18,003 bases of DNA from Nanobdellota archaeon (GCA_038046485.1 JBBSWA010000019.1:1-18003); one strand, 5' to 3'; shown: positions 5,656 through 13,115, counted from the first letter of the stretch. Notes: generated from the sequence alone by a model not told the origin. Made by a program: numbers and translations.

Positions 5656-7080
5656 ATGTCTTTAGACTATGCTCGGTTAGGGTTTAAGTGTGGTTTGGAG
5701 ATCCACCAACAGTTAGAGGGGGAAAAGTTATTCTGCCATTGTCCTACTCAGATCCGCAAGGAAGGCGCTGACTTTCTAGTGAAACGTCGTTTAAGAGCTT
5801 CAGCAGGGGAATCGGGCGCAAGGGATCAAGCAGCGGCCTTTGAGCAAGTCAAGCAAAAGGAGTTCATTTACCAGGGGTATCACGATTCCATTTGCTTGGT
5901 GGAATTAGATGAAGAGCCTCCCCACAATATAAACCCTCAAGCATTGCAAACCTCCATTCAAATAGCCAAGCTTCTCAACTGCAAGATCGCGGATCGGATC
6001 ATTTTCATGCGAAAAACTATAGTGGACGGAAGCAACACCTCGGCCTTTCAGCGTACCGCATTAATCGGTCGTAACGGATACTTAGAAGTGAATGGAAAAA
6101 AGGTGGGCATCACCGCGGTTTGCCTCGAAGAAGAAGCGTGCCAGGTCATGGAGCGAAAGGAAAAAGAAGATACCTACAATTTATCCAGGTTAGGGATTCC
6201 ACTCATTGAGATTGCTACGGACGCTTCCATCCATTCCCCTGAAGAATGTAAAATCGTAGCAGAAAAACTCGGGCTCATATTACGAAGTGTTCCGGGGATG
6301 AAGCGAGGCATTGGAACTATCCGTCAGGATGTGAACATTTCCATTAAGGGTGGTGCACGAACGGAAATCAAGGGGTTTCAAGAATACAAGGCCATTCCAA
6401 AAGTAGTTGATGTTGAAGTAATCCGGCAGTTGGATTTAGTCAAGCAAGGAAAACCCATTGATTCAGGCGTTCGAAAAGCCGAGGCCGATTTCACCACTTC
6501 TTTTTTAAGACCCATGCCAGGTGCCGATCGCATGTATCCAGAAACAGACGTCCAAATTATAATTCCTAAAATAGAGGAGCTGGCGAAAGTTGAATTATTA
6601 GAGGATAAAGCAAAGAAATTTATGGACTTAGGAATGAGTAAGGACTTAGCCATGAAGATCGTGAAATCAAGTGATTTGGCTTTGTTTGAAAATCTCTTAA
6701 AGTACAATAAGGTAAAGCCGGCCTTCATCGCAGAAACATTAATCTCCTATGATTCAGATATAAAAGGTAAATTCAAGGAAGCCGATCCGAAAAAGGTAAC
6801 TCCTAAACATTGGGAAGAACTCTTCAAAGAGTTGAATGAGGAAAAGATTGCAAAGACTTCAGTATTGGAAATTCTAGGAGACATTTGCACGGGAAAAAAG
6901 ATGGACTTGAAAAACTACGAAATTGTATCCGATGATGAATTAAAAAAAGAGCTGGAAAAGGTAATAAAGGAAAACCCTTCATCCCCCCCAGGAATGATCA
7001 TCGGTAAAATCATGGAGAAGTACAAAGGAAAAGTGGATGGAAAAAAGGTAGCTGAGTTAGCGAGCAAGATAAAGAGGTAA
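5656..7080 (+). CDS. gatE: Glutamyl-tRNA(Gln) amidotransferase subunit E, unusually short form (474 aa)
   Basis: The start MSLDYARLGFKCGLEIHQQLEGEKLFCHCP is a GatE-type N-terminus. Further matches are CLVELDEEPP, DGSNTSAFQRT, LSRLGIPLIEI, GTIRQDVNISI, RPMPGADRMYPETD and a C-terminal YqeY/GatB-type tail (IIGKIMEKYKGKVDGKKV). The ORF-track start at 5509 overlaps the divergent promoter region. Confidence 0.93.
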   Translation: MSLDYARLGFKCGLEIHQQLEGEKLFCHCPTQIRKEGADFLVKRRLRASAGESGARDQAAAFEQVKQKEFIYQGYHDSICLVELDEEPPHNINPQALQTSIQIAKLLNCKIADRIIFMRKTIVDGSNTSAFQRTALIGRNGYLEVNGKKVGITAVCLEEEACQVMERKEKEDTYNLSRLGIPLIEIATDASIHSPEECKIVAEKLGLILRSVPGMKRGIGTIRQDVNISIKGGARTEIKGFQEYKAIPKVVDVEVIRQLDLVKQGKPIDSGVRKAEADFTTSFLRPMPGADRMYPETDVQIIIPKIEELAKVELLEDKAKKFMDLGMSKDLAMKIVKSSDLALFENLLKYNKVKPAFIAETLISYDSDIKGKFKEADPKKVTPKHWEELFKELNEEKIAKTSVLEILGDICTGKKMDLKNYEIVSDDELKKELEKVIKENPSSPPGMIIGKIMEKYKGKVDGKKVAELASKIKR

Positions 7081-7083
7081 AAC

Positions 7084-7686
7084 ATGTTTGTATATCTACT
7101 CATCGGAATCATCATTGTGTTATGGGCACTGCACAAGTTCTGGTTCCTGCGTGACCCGGATCGTAAAATACCCGCTGGAAATAACATCGTAAGTCCAGCA
7201 GATGGCCGTGTAATTCGCATCATGCCCTTTGACAACACCGAAGTCATCGTGGAAAAAGGCTTAGCAGGGCAAATTAAGGTCTTAACAGAAGATGTGGCTG
7301 CAGAAGGAAACATTGTAAGCATCTTCATGAGTCCAATGGATGTACACATCAACCGCTCGCCGATCAAGGGTGAAGTCAAGTACATCAAGTACCATTCAGG
7401 CAAGTTTAGACCGGCAAAGTATTTTGATGCTGTTTTTGACAATGAAAATGCCCAAACCTTGATTGTAGATAAAAAGCTTCGAGTAAAAGTCATCCAAATC
7501 GCAGGCATCATGGCTCGCCGTGTTGTTTCATTTCTAAAACCAGGCCAATGGGTGGAGAAGGGTGAACGCATCGGTTTGATCAAGTTAGGTAGTCAGTGCA
7601 CATTAGTCCTTCCCAAATCAGTCAAGTTAAAGGTCAAAGCAGGCGATTATGTGTATGGGGGAAGTACGATCATAGGAACGCTTTAG
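7084..7686 (+). CDS. psd: Archaeal-type phosphatidylserine (archaetidylserine) decarboxylase proenzyme
   Basis: The ORF encodes 200 aa with an N-terminal TM helix. Motifs include SPADGRV and the LGSQ self-cleavage-type motif (KLGSQCTL) near the C-terminus. The size matches the short PSD-related family. Confidence 0.88.
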   Translation: MFVYLLIGIIIVLWALHKFWFLRDPDRKIPAGNNIVSPADGRVIRIMPFDNTEVIVEKGLAGQIKVLTEDVAAEGNIVSIFMSPMDVHINRSPIKGEVKYIKYHSGKFRPAKYFDAVFDNENAQTLIVDKKLRVKVIQIAGIMARRVVSFLKPGQWVEKGERIGLIKLGSQCTLVLPKSVKLKVKAGDYVYGGSTIIGTL

Positions 7687-7725
7687 AACAAAAGCTTTTT
7701 TAAGGGTAGCCGTTTCTAGAAATGC

Positions 7726-8244
7726 ATGGCAAAGGGGTATCTTTCTATTTTCCAGGTAACATTCCCAGACATAGTGACCTTCCTAAACGTCTCATTAGGC
7801 TTCTCATCCATGGCAGCAAGCGCATTGCAGCATTGGGATGTAGCCTTTGCTCTTCTCATCGGTGCCATGATCATGGATTACTTGGATGGAAAGGTAGCCC
7901 GGGCGCTGAACCAAACCTCAGAACTCGGAACCAATCTAGACTCACTCTCTGACATGGTCTCATTCGGTGCCGCTCCTGCCTTTTTGCTCCTCTCAAAAAA
8001 TGGTTTTGCACCGATACTGTGGGTTACCAGCGTAATCTTCATTTCCTGCGGCGCCTTTCGTCTGGGAAGGTACAATCTATTGCATAAGGTAGTAAAGGGT
8101 TGGGTGGGAATGCCAATTACAACAAATGCCATCATCCTTCCTGTGGCGAGTTTCTTAACCTCAAACACAACAGTTTTAGCGATCCTTATGCTTCTTTCAA
8201 GTGGCTTGATGGTAAGTTCAATCAAGGTGAAGAGGTTCTTCTGA
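7726..8244 (+). CDS. pssA: CDP-alcohol phosphatidyltransferase, likely archaetidylserine synthase
   Basis: It carries a perfect D-x2-D-G-x2-A-R-x8-G-x3-D-x3-D motif (DYLDGKVARALNQTSELGTNLDSLSD). The protein is multi-TM and 172 aa long. The serine specificity is inferred only from the flanking psd and carS genes. Confidence 0.8.
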   Translation: MAKGYLSIFQVTFPDIVTFLNVSLGFSSMAASALQHWDVAFALLIGAMIMDYLDGKVARALNQTSELGTNLDSLSDMVSFGAAPAFLLLSKNGFAPILWVTSVIFISCGAFRLGRYNLLHKVVKGWVGMPITTNAIILPVASFLTSNTTVLAILMLLSSGLMVSSIKVKRFF

Positions 8245-8780
8245 TGTTTTTGCAAGTATTATACCTTTTATTACCTGCAGCCTTTGCAAACATGGCCCCG
8301 ATTTTCTTCAAGGATAGCTGGAAATGGCTTGACCGGCCTATAGATGGAAATAAAAAATGGAAGGGAAAACCCATTCTAGGGTCGCACAAGACCTGGCGGG
8401 GTTTCATTGCCGGAATTGTCCTAGGCATCCTTGTTGCCTTCTTGCAAAAACAACTTTGGGAGGCAGGAATTGGAAGGGCTTGGATTCTCATCAACTATGA
8501 ACATCTCTGGTTGTCACTGGGCTTTTGGATGGGCTTTGGCGCCATGTTCGGGGATAGTGTAAAGAGTTTTTTCAAGCGCCGGTCTAGTGTCAAACCGGGC
8601 GACCGATTCATGCCTTGGGATCAGATCGATTGGATTCTAGGCAGTTTGGTCTTTGTTTCGTTGTTCGTCCAAGTTCTTCCATGGCAGGTCTGGGCTTGGT
8701 GGTTGATCATCGGCTTTGCAGGCCACATCATCATTCGCCACATCTCTTATTGGTTAAAGATGGACAAGGATAAGTGGTAG
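8244..8780 (+). CDS. carS: CDP-archaeol synthase (CarS, DUF46 family)
   Basis: The start MFLQVLYLLLPAAFANMAPIF overlaps the pssA stop (TGATG). Motifs HKTWRGFIAG, GDSVKSFFKRR and PWDQIDW resemble the CarS family. The product is a 178-aa membrane protein. The upstream part of the ORF-track call (8100-8243) is pssA read in another frame. Confidence 0.85.
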   Translation: MFLQVLYLLLPAAFANMAPIFFKDSWKWLDRPIDGNKKWKGKPILGSHKTWRGFIAGIVLGILVAFLQKQLWEAGIGRAWILINYEHLWLSLGFWMGFGAMFGDSVKSFFKRRSSVKPGDRFMPWDQIDWILGSLVFVSLFVQVLPWQVWAWWLIIGFAGHIIIRHISYWLKMDKDKW

Positions 8781-9311
8781 CTATTCATACACCAACTTTC
8801 CAATCTCTTCATATTTGTATTCTTGCAAGACCCCATAAACTTCATAGTCTTTGATGAATTCAGAAAACCTTTGTCGGATGCCCTTGAAGATCTTGTCAAA
8901 GTGGCCTTGGCTTTCAGCCATAATATCCAAAATATAATCCCATTTTCCGATGAGGCCAGCAATGTATGTTACATTCTTATTATTTTGTAAGAAGGTCAAA
9001 AATTCTTTTTCTTTTTCCGGACTTGGATTGTAGATGGAGATGAAAACATAGTTGATGATTGGAAAACCCATACTGGGAGGATTATAGACGGGCTTGAATG
9101 CGTAAAGAACTTTGGCTGTAATGAGTTTCTGGATGCGGTTGCGAATGGCATCTCGAGATAATCCTACTTTGCGAGAGAGTTCAGAAAGGGGTTTTCGGGC
9201 ATTATCATCCAGCTCCTTGAGAAGAACAAGATCGTACCGGTCAAATTTATACGGTTTTCCGTAAGTAAGGGAAGGGTCAAAACGGCCTGTTTCTATTTTT
9301 TCTGACTTCAT
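8781..9311 (-). CDS. Lrp/AsnC-family transcriptional regulator
   Basis: The HTH_AsnC-like segment is LLKELDDNARKPLSELSRKVGLSRDAIRNRIQKL. It is followed by a RAM-like effector domain (VFISIY...VTYIAGLIGKWDYILDIMAE). A minus-strand TATA (TTATAAAAAAG, 9330-9340) lies about 25 nt upstream of ATG 9311. Confidence 0.85.
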   Translation of the reverse strand: MKSEKIETGRFDPSLTYGKPYKFDRYDLVLLKELDDNARKPLSELSRKVGLSRDAIRNRIQKLITAKVLYAFKPVYNPPSMGFPIINYVFISIYNPSPEKEKEFLTFLQNNKNVTYIAGLIGKWDYILDIMAESQGHFDKIFKGIRQRFSEFIKDYEVYGVLQEYKYEEIGKLVYE

Positions 9312-9428
9312 AAAGCGTAATATGCTATTCTTTTTTATAAATTTATCGTATTTTGCGCTTTTTTATAACAATATATATTTATATTAATATATGTAACTAT
9401 TAAGTAATAACAATAAAAGGTGATGAAA

Positions 9429-10004
9429 ATGAATACCCCCCAACCCAATCAAGATTTACTCAATGTAGTTAACGATATTGGTAACTTAATCGAACCAGAC
9501 CGAATCAGCAATACTCCTGAACTAAACCAGGTAAGATTTGGACTTCATGTACCTAAAATCCTTTTTAGAGATCCTGAACCCGGAGTATTAAACTTTGCAC
9601 TTAGCATGCCCTACCAAGTAGGAGGAGAAAATGAAGAGTATCTAGTAACTCCTGTACGATTGAATGGGTTTGGAAACAGAGCTATGTTTAACGTAGGATT
9701 CACACCTGAAGGAAGCGCTTTTCGTCAATACGGCCAAATGAGTCCTGAAGCAGCAAAAGAGCTTACAGAAAAATTTATTAAATACCGACCCGGACTTGAA
9801 AACGCTGTTGTAACCCTCGAAAAAGTTTCCCCTACAATTTATGAAACTCCACAAAATTCACTTAGAGGGCCTGCATTAAACGCATTTCATGCAAGAGGAA
9901 ATGTTCAAGTAACCCCTCCTTATAAGGGTTGGGCAAAGATGGCCGAAGTAGGATTAGTAGGTGGATTATGGAAATATGTAACCGTAGAAAAAGAAAAAGA
10001 GTAA
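9429..10004 (+). CDS. Hypothetical protein (191 aa), no recognisable family
   Basis: There is a strong SD (AAAAGGTGATGA, 9415-9426) 2-4 nt before ATG 9429 and a very AT-rich promoter region upstream. The ORF-track start at GTG 9420 lies inside the SD. The sequence MNTPQPNQDLLNVVNDIGN... gave no motif I recognise. Confidence 0.7.
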   Translation: MNTPQPNQDLLNVVNDIGNLIEPDRISNTPELNQVRFGLHVPKILFRDPEPGVLNFALSMPYQVGGENEEYLVTPVRLNGFGNRAMFNVGFTPEGSAFRQYGQMSPEAAKELTEKFIKYRPGLENAVVTLEKVSPTIYETPQNSLRGPALNAFHARGNVQVTPPYKGWAKMAEVGLVGGLWKYVTVEKEKE

Positions 10005-10006
10005 GC

Positions 10007-11104
10007 CTAATCCATCAGGTCCAAGTACATGGCAGCCCACAGCATGCCTTCATCACTCACGTGCAAAGCCGTCTTGTAGGGTTTTCCAAATGCATCAAAC
10101 ACTTCTAGAAAATTCTTATGGCGCTGGATGAGTTCAGTGTACTTTTTTAAATACACTTGGGCATAATTCAAATCGTACTTCTTTACAACCTGCAAGAAAC
10201 ACAATCCCAAGTGCATGAAGATGGCCGTGTGCTCATACTCCTTAGTCAACAATTGCACAGGAATCATACGGTGTTTAGCATGACCATTGGTATATTTTAG
10301 GGGAAAAGGCTGATCCAGGCCACTTTTGCGTAGCGTATCAAAGGCTTTTTGAAATCGTACTTTATCATCAAAGATCCCCGTCCAGAAAGGGAAGGTGGTG
10401 GCGTCCCCCGTAACAATGTTATGGCCCGAAAGGTCTTCTAAAAAGTGGGTTCCCGTCCAAAAATGGCGTTCGATGGTTTTAGCATAATCATATTGCTTAA
10501 GGGGGTTTTCAAGGCCTAACTTAGTGGCATAATGACTGAGCATGCCCAGCATGCAATTGGTATAGCAATCACTTTTACGAATAGCATGGTCTTTGATGCT
10601 GCTGACATGCACGTTTTTTCGAAGCAATCCAGAGGAAGGATCAATGTATTTTACGGCTTTTCGAATTTCGTTGTTAATGAAATCTTTGTGTTTTCGAACA
10701 AGGTCTTGAGCATCGGCAAGGGATAGGCTTCGTAAAAGGTAAGCGACAGATTCAGGGCTATACGTTGGAAAGTCAAAGGCCTTTCCTTGGGGAGTAATGG
10801 AGGTGGTTATCTTGCCACCTTTTTCAAAGCAGGTAAGAGCGTATTTTAGGGTATTTAAGACTTGGTTTTCATACCCCAAGTCCAATAGACTCTGCGTGCA
10901 CATGCCAAAGTCTCGGGTGTAAAACTGGCAGTAGTGCCCCGTGCTGGTCATGAAGTATTCATATTCATGGTTGTAGCAGTCCAGAATGATTTGGCGACAA
11001 ATCGCTTTTACATCACCAGGGTATTGGTTAAATCCCTTGCTATGAACATTTCGAGCTCGTTTGAAGATGCGCCAACCTTCTGAGATCATAGTAGGAGTAA
11101 TCAT
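10007..11104 (-). CDS. (alpha/alpha)6-barrel glycoside-hydrolase-like protein (GDE_C/GH63-like); function tentative
   Basis: The likely start MITPTMISEGW at 11104 is preceded by GGAGGA. The ORF-track start at 11197 would overlap the upstream VOC gene. The motifs YTRDFG and DEGMLWAA and the helical-repeat character resemble amylo-alpha-1,6-glucosidase-like barrels. The assignment is from memory only. Confidence 0.6.
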   Translation of the reverse strand: MITPTMISEGWRIFKRARNVHSKGFNQYPGDVKAICRQIILDCYNHEYEYFMTSTGHYCQFYTRDFGMCTQSLLDLGYENQVLNTLKYALTCFEKGGKITTSITPQGKAFDFPTYSPESVAYLLRSLSLADAQDLVRKHKDFINNEIRKAVKYIDPSSGLLRKNVHVSSIKDHAIRKSDCYTNCMLGMLSHYATKLGLENPLKQYDYAKTIERHFWTGTHFLEDLSGHNIVTGDATTFPFWTGIFDDKVRFQKAFDTLRKSGLDQPFPLKYTNGHAKHRMIPVQLLTKEYEHTAIFMHLGLCFLQVVKKYDLNYAQVYLKKYTELIQRHKNFLEVFDAFGKPYKTALHVSDEGMLWAAMYLDLMD

Positions 11105-11156
11105 AATATCCTCCAATACGAAAGGATTGTATTTAAAGGTATATGATGTGAAAGCC

Positions 11157-11555
11157 CTATTTTTGTGAAGGGAGTAAGATCTCCAGAAAATTCCCATCTG
11201 GATCTAAAAAAATCGTGATCTTACCATAACTGCGCTGTTCCGAACGAGTGAGCAGCTTTACTCCCTTTTTCTCAAGTTGTTGATTCATGGCTTCGAGTTC
11301 ATCTTCATCGTGAGCTTGAAATTGTACTAAAACAGGATTCTTTGTATTATACTCCCAAGTATACCTTTTTCGGTTGCTAACTGGTTCCAGAGCAAAAGTT
11401 GTTTTGCCCGTGTCAAAACCATACCAATTATCTTTTTCATTCATTCCTTTAAGAGGATTCATCCCAATGACATCTCGATAGAAACGTATGAGTTTAGAGT
11501 AATCTTCTGAGTACAAGTTGACATGACTGATGCGCCAATTTATTTTCTTTTCCAT
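11157..11555 (-). CDS. VOC-family (glyoxalase/bleomycin-resistance/dioxygenase fold) protein
   Basis: The start MEKKINWRISHVNLYSEDYSKLIRFYRDVIGM is preceded by GGTGGTGA. The C-terminal FLDPDGNFLEIL is typical of the VOC family. The 5' part of the ORF-track call (11556-11684) overlaps the tRNA gene and is rejected. Confidence 0.85.
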   Translation of the reverse strand: MEKKINWRISHVNLYSEDYSKLIRFYRDVIGMNPLKGMNEKDNWYGFDTGKTTFALEPVSNRKRYTWEYNTKNPVLVQFQAHDEDELEAMNQQLEKKGVKLLTRSEQRSYGKITIFLDPDGNFLEILLPSQK

Positions 11556-11584
11556 GCGATCACCACCTATAATTATAAAAAAGG

Positions 11585-11811
11585 CGAGCCTGGGAGGACT
11601 TTCATAGTTCACTACGAAGGTTTTTTGAACCAGCGAAGTTGCGTCAGCGACTTCGCGGCTCAAAGTTGTGAACGAAGTGAACAACTTTGAACCCCCGACC
11701 TACTGCTGTTTCCGCTTCTCGGCTGATGCTTTTGATACCGCAAGGGCACAGGTAAGCGATCGTCATCAAAGCTAGGAGGCAGTTGCGCTATCCAGGCTGC
11801 GCTACAGGCTC
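11585..11811 (-). tRNA. tRNA-Arg (anticodon CCT) interrupted by two introns: 65 nt at 37/38 and about 87 nt in the T-loop (59/60, or 56-59)
   Basis: This is a hand fold of the minus strand. The acceptor stem is GAGCCTG(11811-11805)/CAGGCTC(11592-11586), 7/7 paired. The D arm is GCGC-AGCCTGGATA-GCGC. The anticodon stem is ACTGC(11783-11779)/GCAGT(11706-11702), with loop CTCCTA+A. The variable loop is AGGTC. The T stem is GGGGG(11696-11692)/CCTCC(11597-11593), with T-loop TTCAAA+T. The discriminator is G and no CCA is encoded. The exons sum to 75 nt. Confidence 0.85.
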
Positions 11812-11835
11812 GTATCGTCGAAAAGGGAGCCCAGA

Positions 11836-11843
11836 TTTATAAA
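11836..11843 (-). promoter_or_regulatory. TATA box (TTTATAAA) for the tRNA-Arg gene
   Basis: The box lies 25-32 nt upstream of tRNA position 1 (11811) on the minus strand, which is the canonical archaeal spacing. Confidence 0.5.
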
Positions 11844-11897
11844 GGAAGCGGTGCCAGGCAAGTAAAGTTTATATATTCAAAGAAAAGGAAAAAGGGA

Positions 11898-12377
11898 ATG
11901 AAAAAAGAAGAGGATTTCTTTCAGACCAATCCTCAAAAAGCCTCAGCAAAGGTGACGATTAATTCATTTATGATGGGCAGTTTATTTTTTATCTTAACCT
12001 TAATCTGGTCGTTAAATCCGGAGAAATTCAGCCCCTCCATCATAGCTCAATTGGTTTTAGCAGTCCCTCTTCTTTTTATGTCGAGCCTTGCTTATTCAAA
12101 GATTGGGTATTGGAAAGAGATAAAACTCTGGGATTATCTAGGGTGGTTTACAAATAACATCGGAAATATTTTCATCCTAAACGTGATTGGGTTAATGACG
12201 GCCATGTTTTACCCAACCTTAGCATGGATCTATTTCAGTTTAATTATTGTGTTAATGGGAGTCTATTCTTGGATCAATTGCATATACAATCCCCATTCAT
12301 TGCGGGAGAAGGCGTTCAAACTGATCTTTTTCTTAGTGGTACTTCTGCTGGGCGGAATCTTACCTTCACTAACTTGA
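11898..12377 (+). CDS. Hypothetical integral membrane protein (about 4 TM helices)
   Basis: The ORF encodes 159 aa with hydrophobic segments (LFFILTLIWSL, LVLAVPLLFMSSLAY, IFILNVIGLMTAMFY, LIIVLMGVY, IFFLVVLLLGGIL). The TATA box AAAGTTTATATATT at 11863-11876 is about 27 nt upstream of the ATG, which fits a leaderless transcript. Confidence 0.75.
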   Translation: MKKEEDFFQTNPQKASAKVTINSFMMGSLFFILTLIWSLNPEKFSPSIIAQLVLAVPLLFMSSLAYSKIGYWKEIKLWDYLGWFTNNIGNIFILNVIGLMTAMFYPTLAWIYFSLIIVLMGVYSWINCIYNPHSLREKAFKLIFFLVVLLLGGILPSLT

Positions 12378-12533
12378 TCCCATTCAGGAAGTGTTGGAAG
12401 AAAGGTATATTAGTTTCTATATAGAAAAGTATAAAAAGAGCCCCACACCAGTATACCTTTTCCCAGAAAAATAGAAACATTTATATACTAGGGGTACTAA
12501 TATACACAAAGATCACAATGGTGAACAACCGCA

Positions 12534-12950
12534 ATGGTCATACTGTACGATCAATACAACCTTCCCGAAGACATATTCGAGATCACATTCGCAACCAAGC
12601 AACAAGTCATCGTGGCTCGGCTGTTAGTTGAAGAGATGAAGCGCAAAGAAGGCGAAATCGGAAAAACCGAGATGTCTCTCTTCGCAACAGCCCTGCACGA
12701 CGGCACCCTGGTGGAAATGCCCCACGAGAACAAGTTCATCAAGTCCAAGACTGAAAAGTTGTCGTACAACAAGCGGCAATTTTACGATCGCATCCTCACT
12801 CCCATGAAAACCATGGGATTGATCGACTACGACTTGTACAAGAAGACGTACAAGTTAAGTGAAAAGTTCAACAAGAACATGATGCGCATCGGCCTTATGT
12901 GGCTTCAAGAGCTTCGAAGGCCTCCGCAAGAGTTCAGGTTGAAAAGGTAA
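12534..12950 (+). CDS. Hypothetical protein (138 aa), possible wHTH-like C-terminal half
   Basis: The ORF shows a marked preference for C/G-ending codons (TTC, ATC, GAC, AAG, CTG) relative to neighbouring genes. TATA AACATTTATATACT lies at 12476-12489. The segment YNKRQFYDRILTPMKTMGLIDYDLYKKTYKLS resembles a winged-helix wing. Confidence 0.7.
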   Translation: MVILYDQYNLPEDIFEITFATKQQVIVARLLVEEMKRKEGEIGKTEMSLFATALHDGTLVEMPHENKFIKSKTEKLSYNKRQFYDRILTPMKTMGLIDYDLYKKTYKLSEKFNKNMMRIGLMWLQELRRPPQEFRLKR

Positions 12951-12951
12951 A

Positions 12952-12974
12952 CATCCATTCACAAGGAATGGATG
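12952..12974 (+). other. Perfect 9-bp stem-loop immediately after the stop of the 138-aa gene
   Basis: CATCCATTC (12952-12960) pairs with GAATGGATG (12966-12974) around a 5-nt loop. No T-run follows, so a terminator role is uncertain. Confidence 0.6.
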
Positions 12975-12989
12975 CAGTACATCACAGTC

Positions 12990-13056
12990 AAAAGCCCCGG
13001 CTTTACACCCTCCCCCCTCTGAAAAATCAATGATTTTTCTCTAGCCGGGTGCTTTT
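12990..13056. repeat. Nested inverted repeats: outer 13-bp stem enclosing a C-rich stretch and a 19-bp perfect palindrome
   Basis: The outer arms are AAAAGCCCCGGCT (12990-13002) and AGCCGGGTGCTTTT (13043-13056), with one bulged T. Inside lie CCCTCCCCCCTCT (13008-13020) and GAAAAATCAATGATTTTTC (13021-13039), a perfect palindrome about its centre. Confidence 0.8.
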
Positions 13057-13115
13057 ACAATCCTTAAATCACAACTTAGATCACAAAAACAACACGGGAA
13101 AAAGAGCGTGAGAAC

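Noticed and set aside
6915-7583. 222-aa minus-strand ORF antisense to gatE and psd. Similar antisense ORFs are at 496-735, 839-1075, 2254-2469, 2629-2955, 4177-4464, 6378-6728, 7878-8255, 8222-8494, 9642-9854, 12551-12772, 14387-14590, 15871-16107, 15942-16166, 16355-16585, 16779-16979 and 17510-17716
   Set aside because: All lie antisense to or out of frame with well-supported genes. They lack start signals and have skewed, low-complexity compositions typical of shadow ORFs.
8100-8243. N-terminal extension of the carS ORF (MGGNANYNKCHHPSCGEF...)
   Set aside because: It lies entirely inside pssA in another frame. The hydrophobic CarS N-terminus begins at ATG 8244, which overlaps the pssA stop.
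11556-11684. N-terminal 43 codons of the 175-aa minus-strand ORF (MFTSFTTLSREVADATSLVQ...)
   Set aside because: This part overlaps the second intron and 3' exon of the tRNA-Arg gene. An internal ATG at 11555 has a GGTGGTGA SD and begins the recognisable VOC domain.
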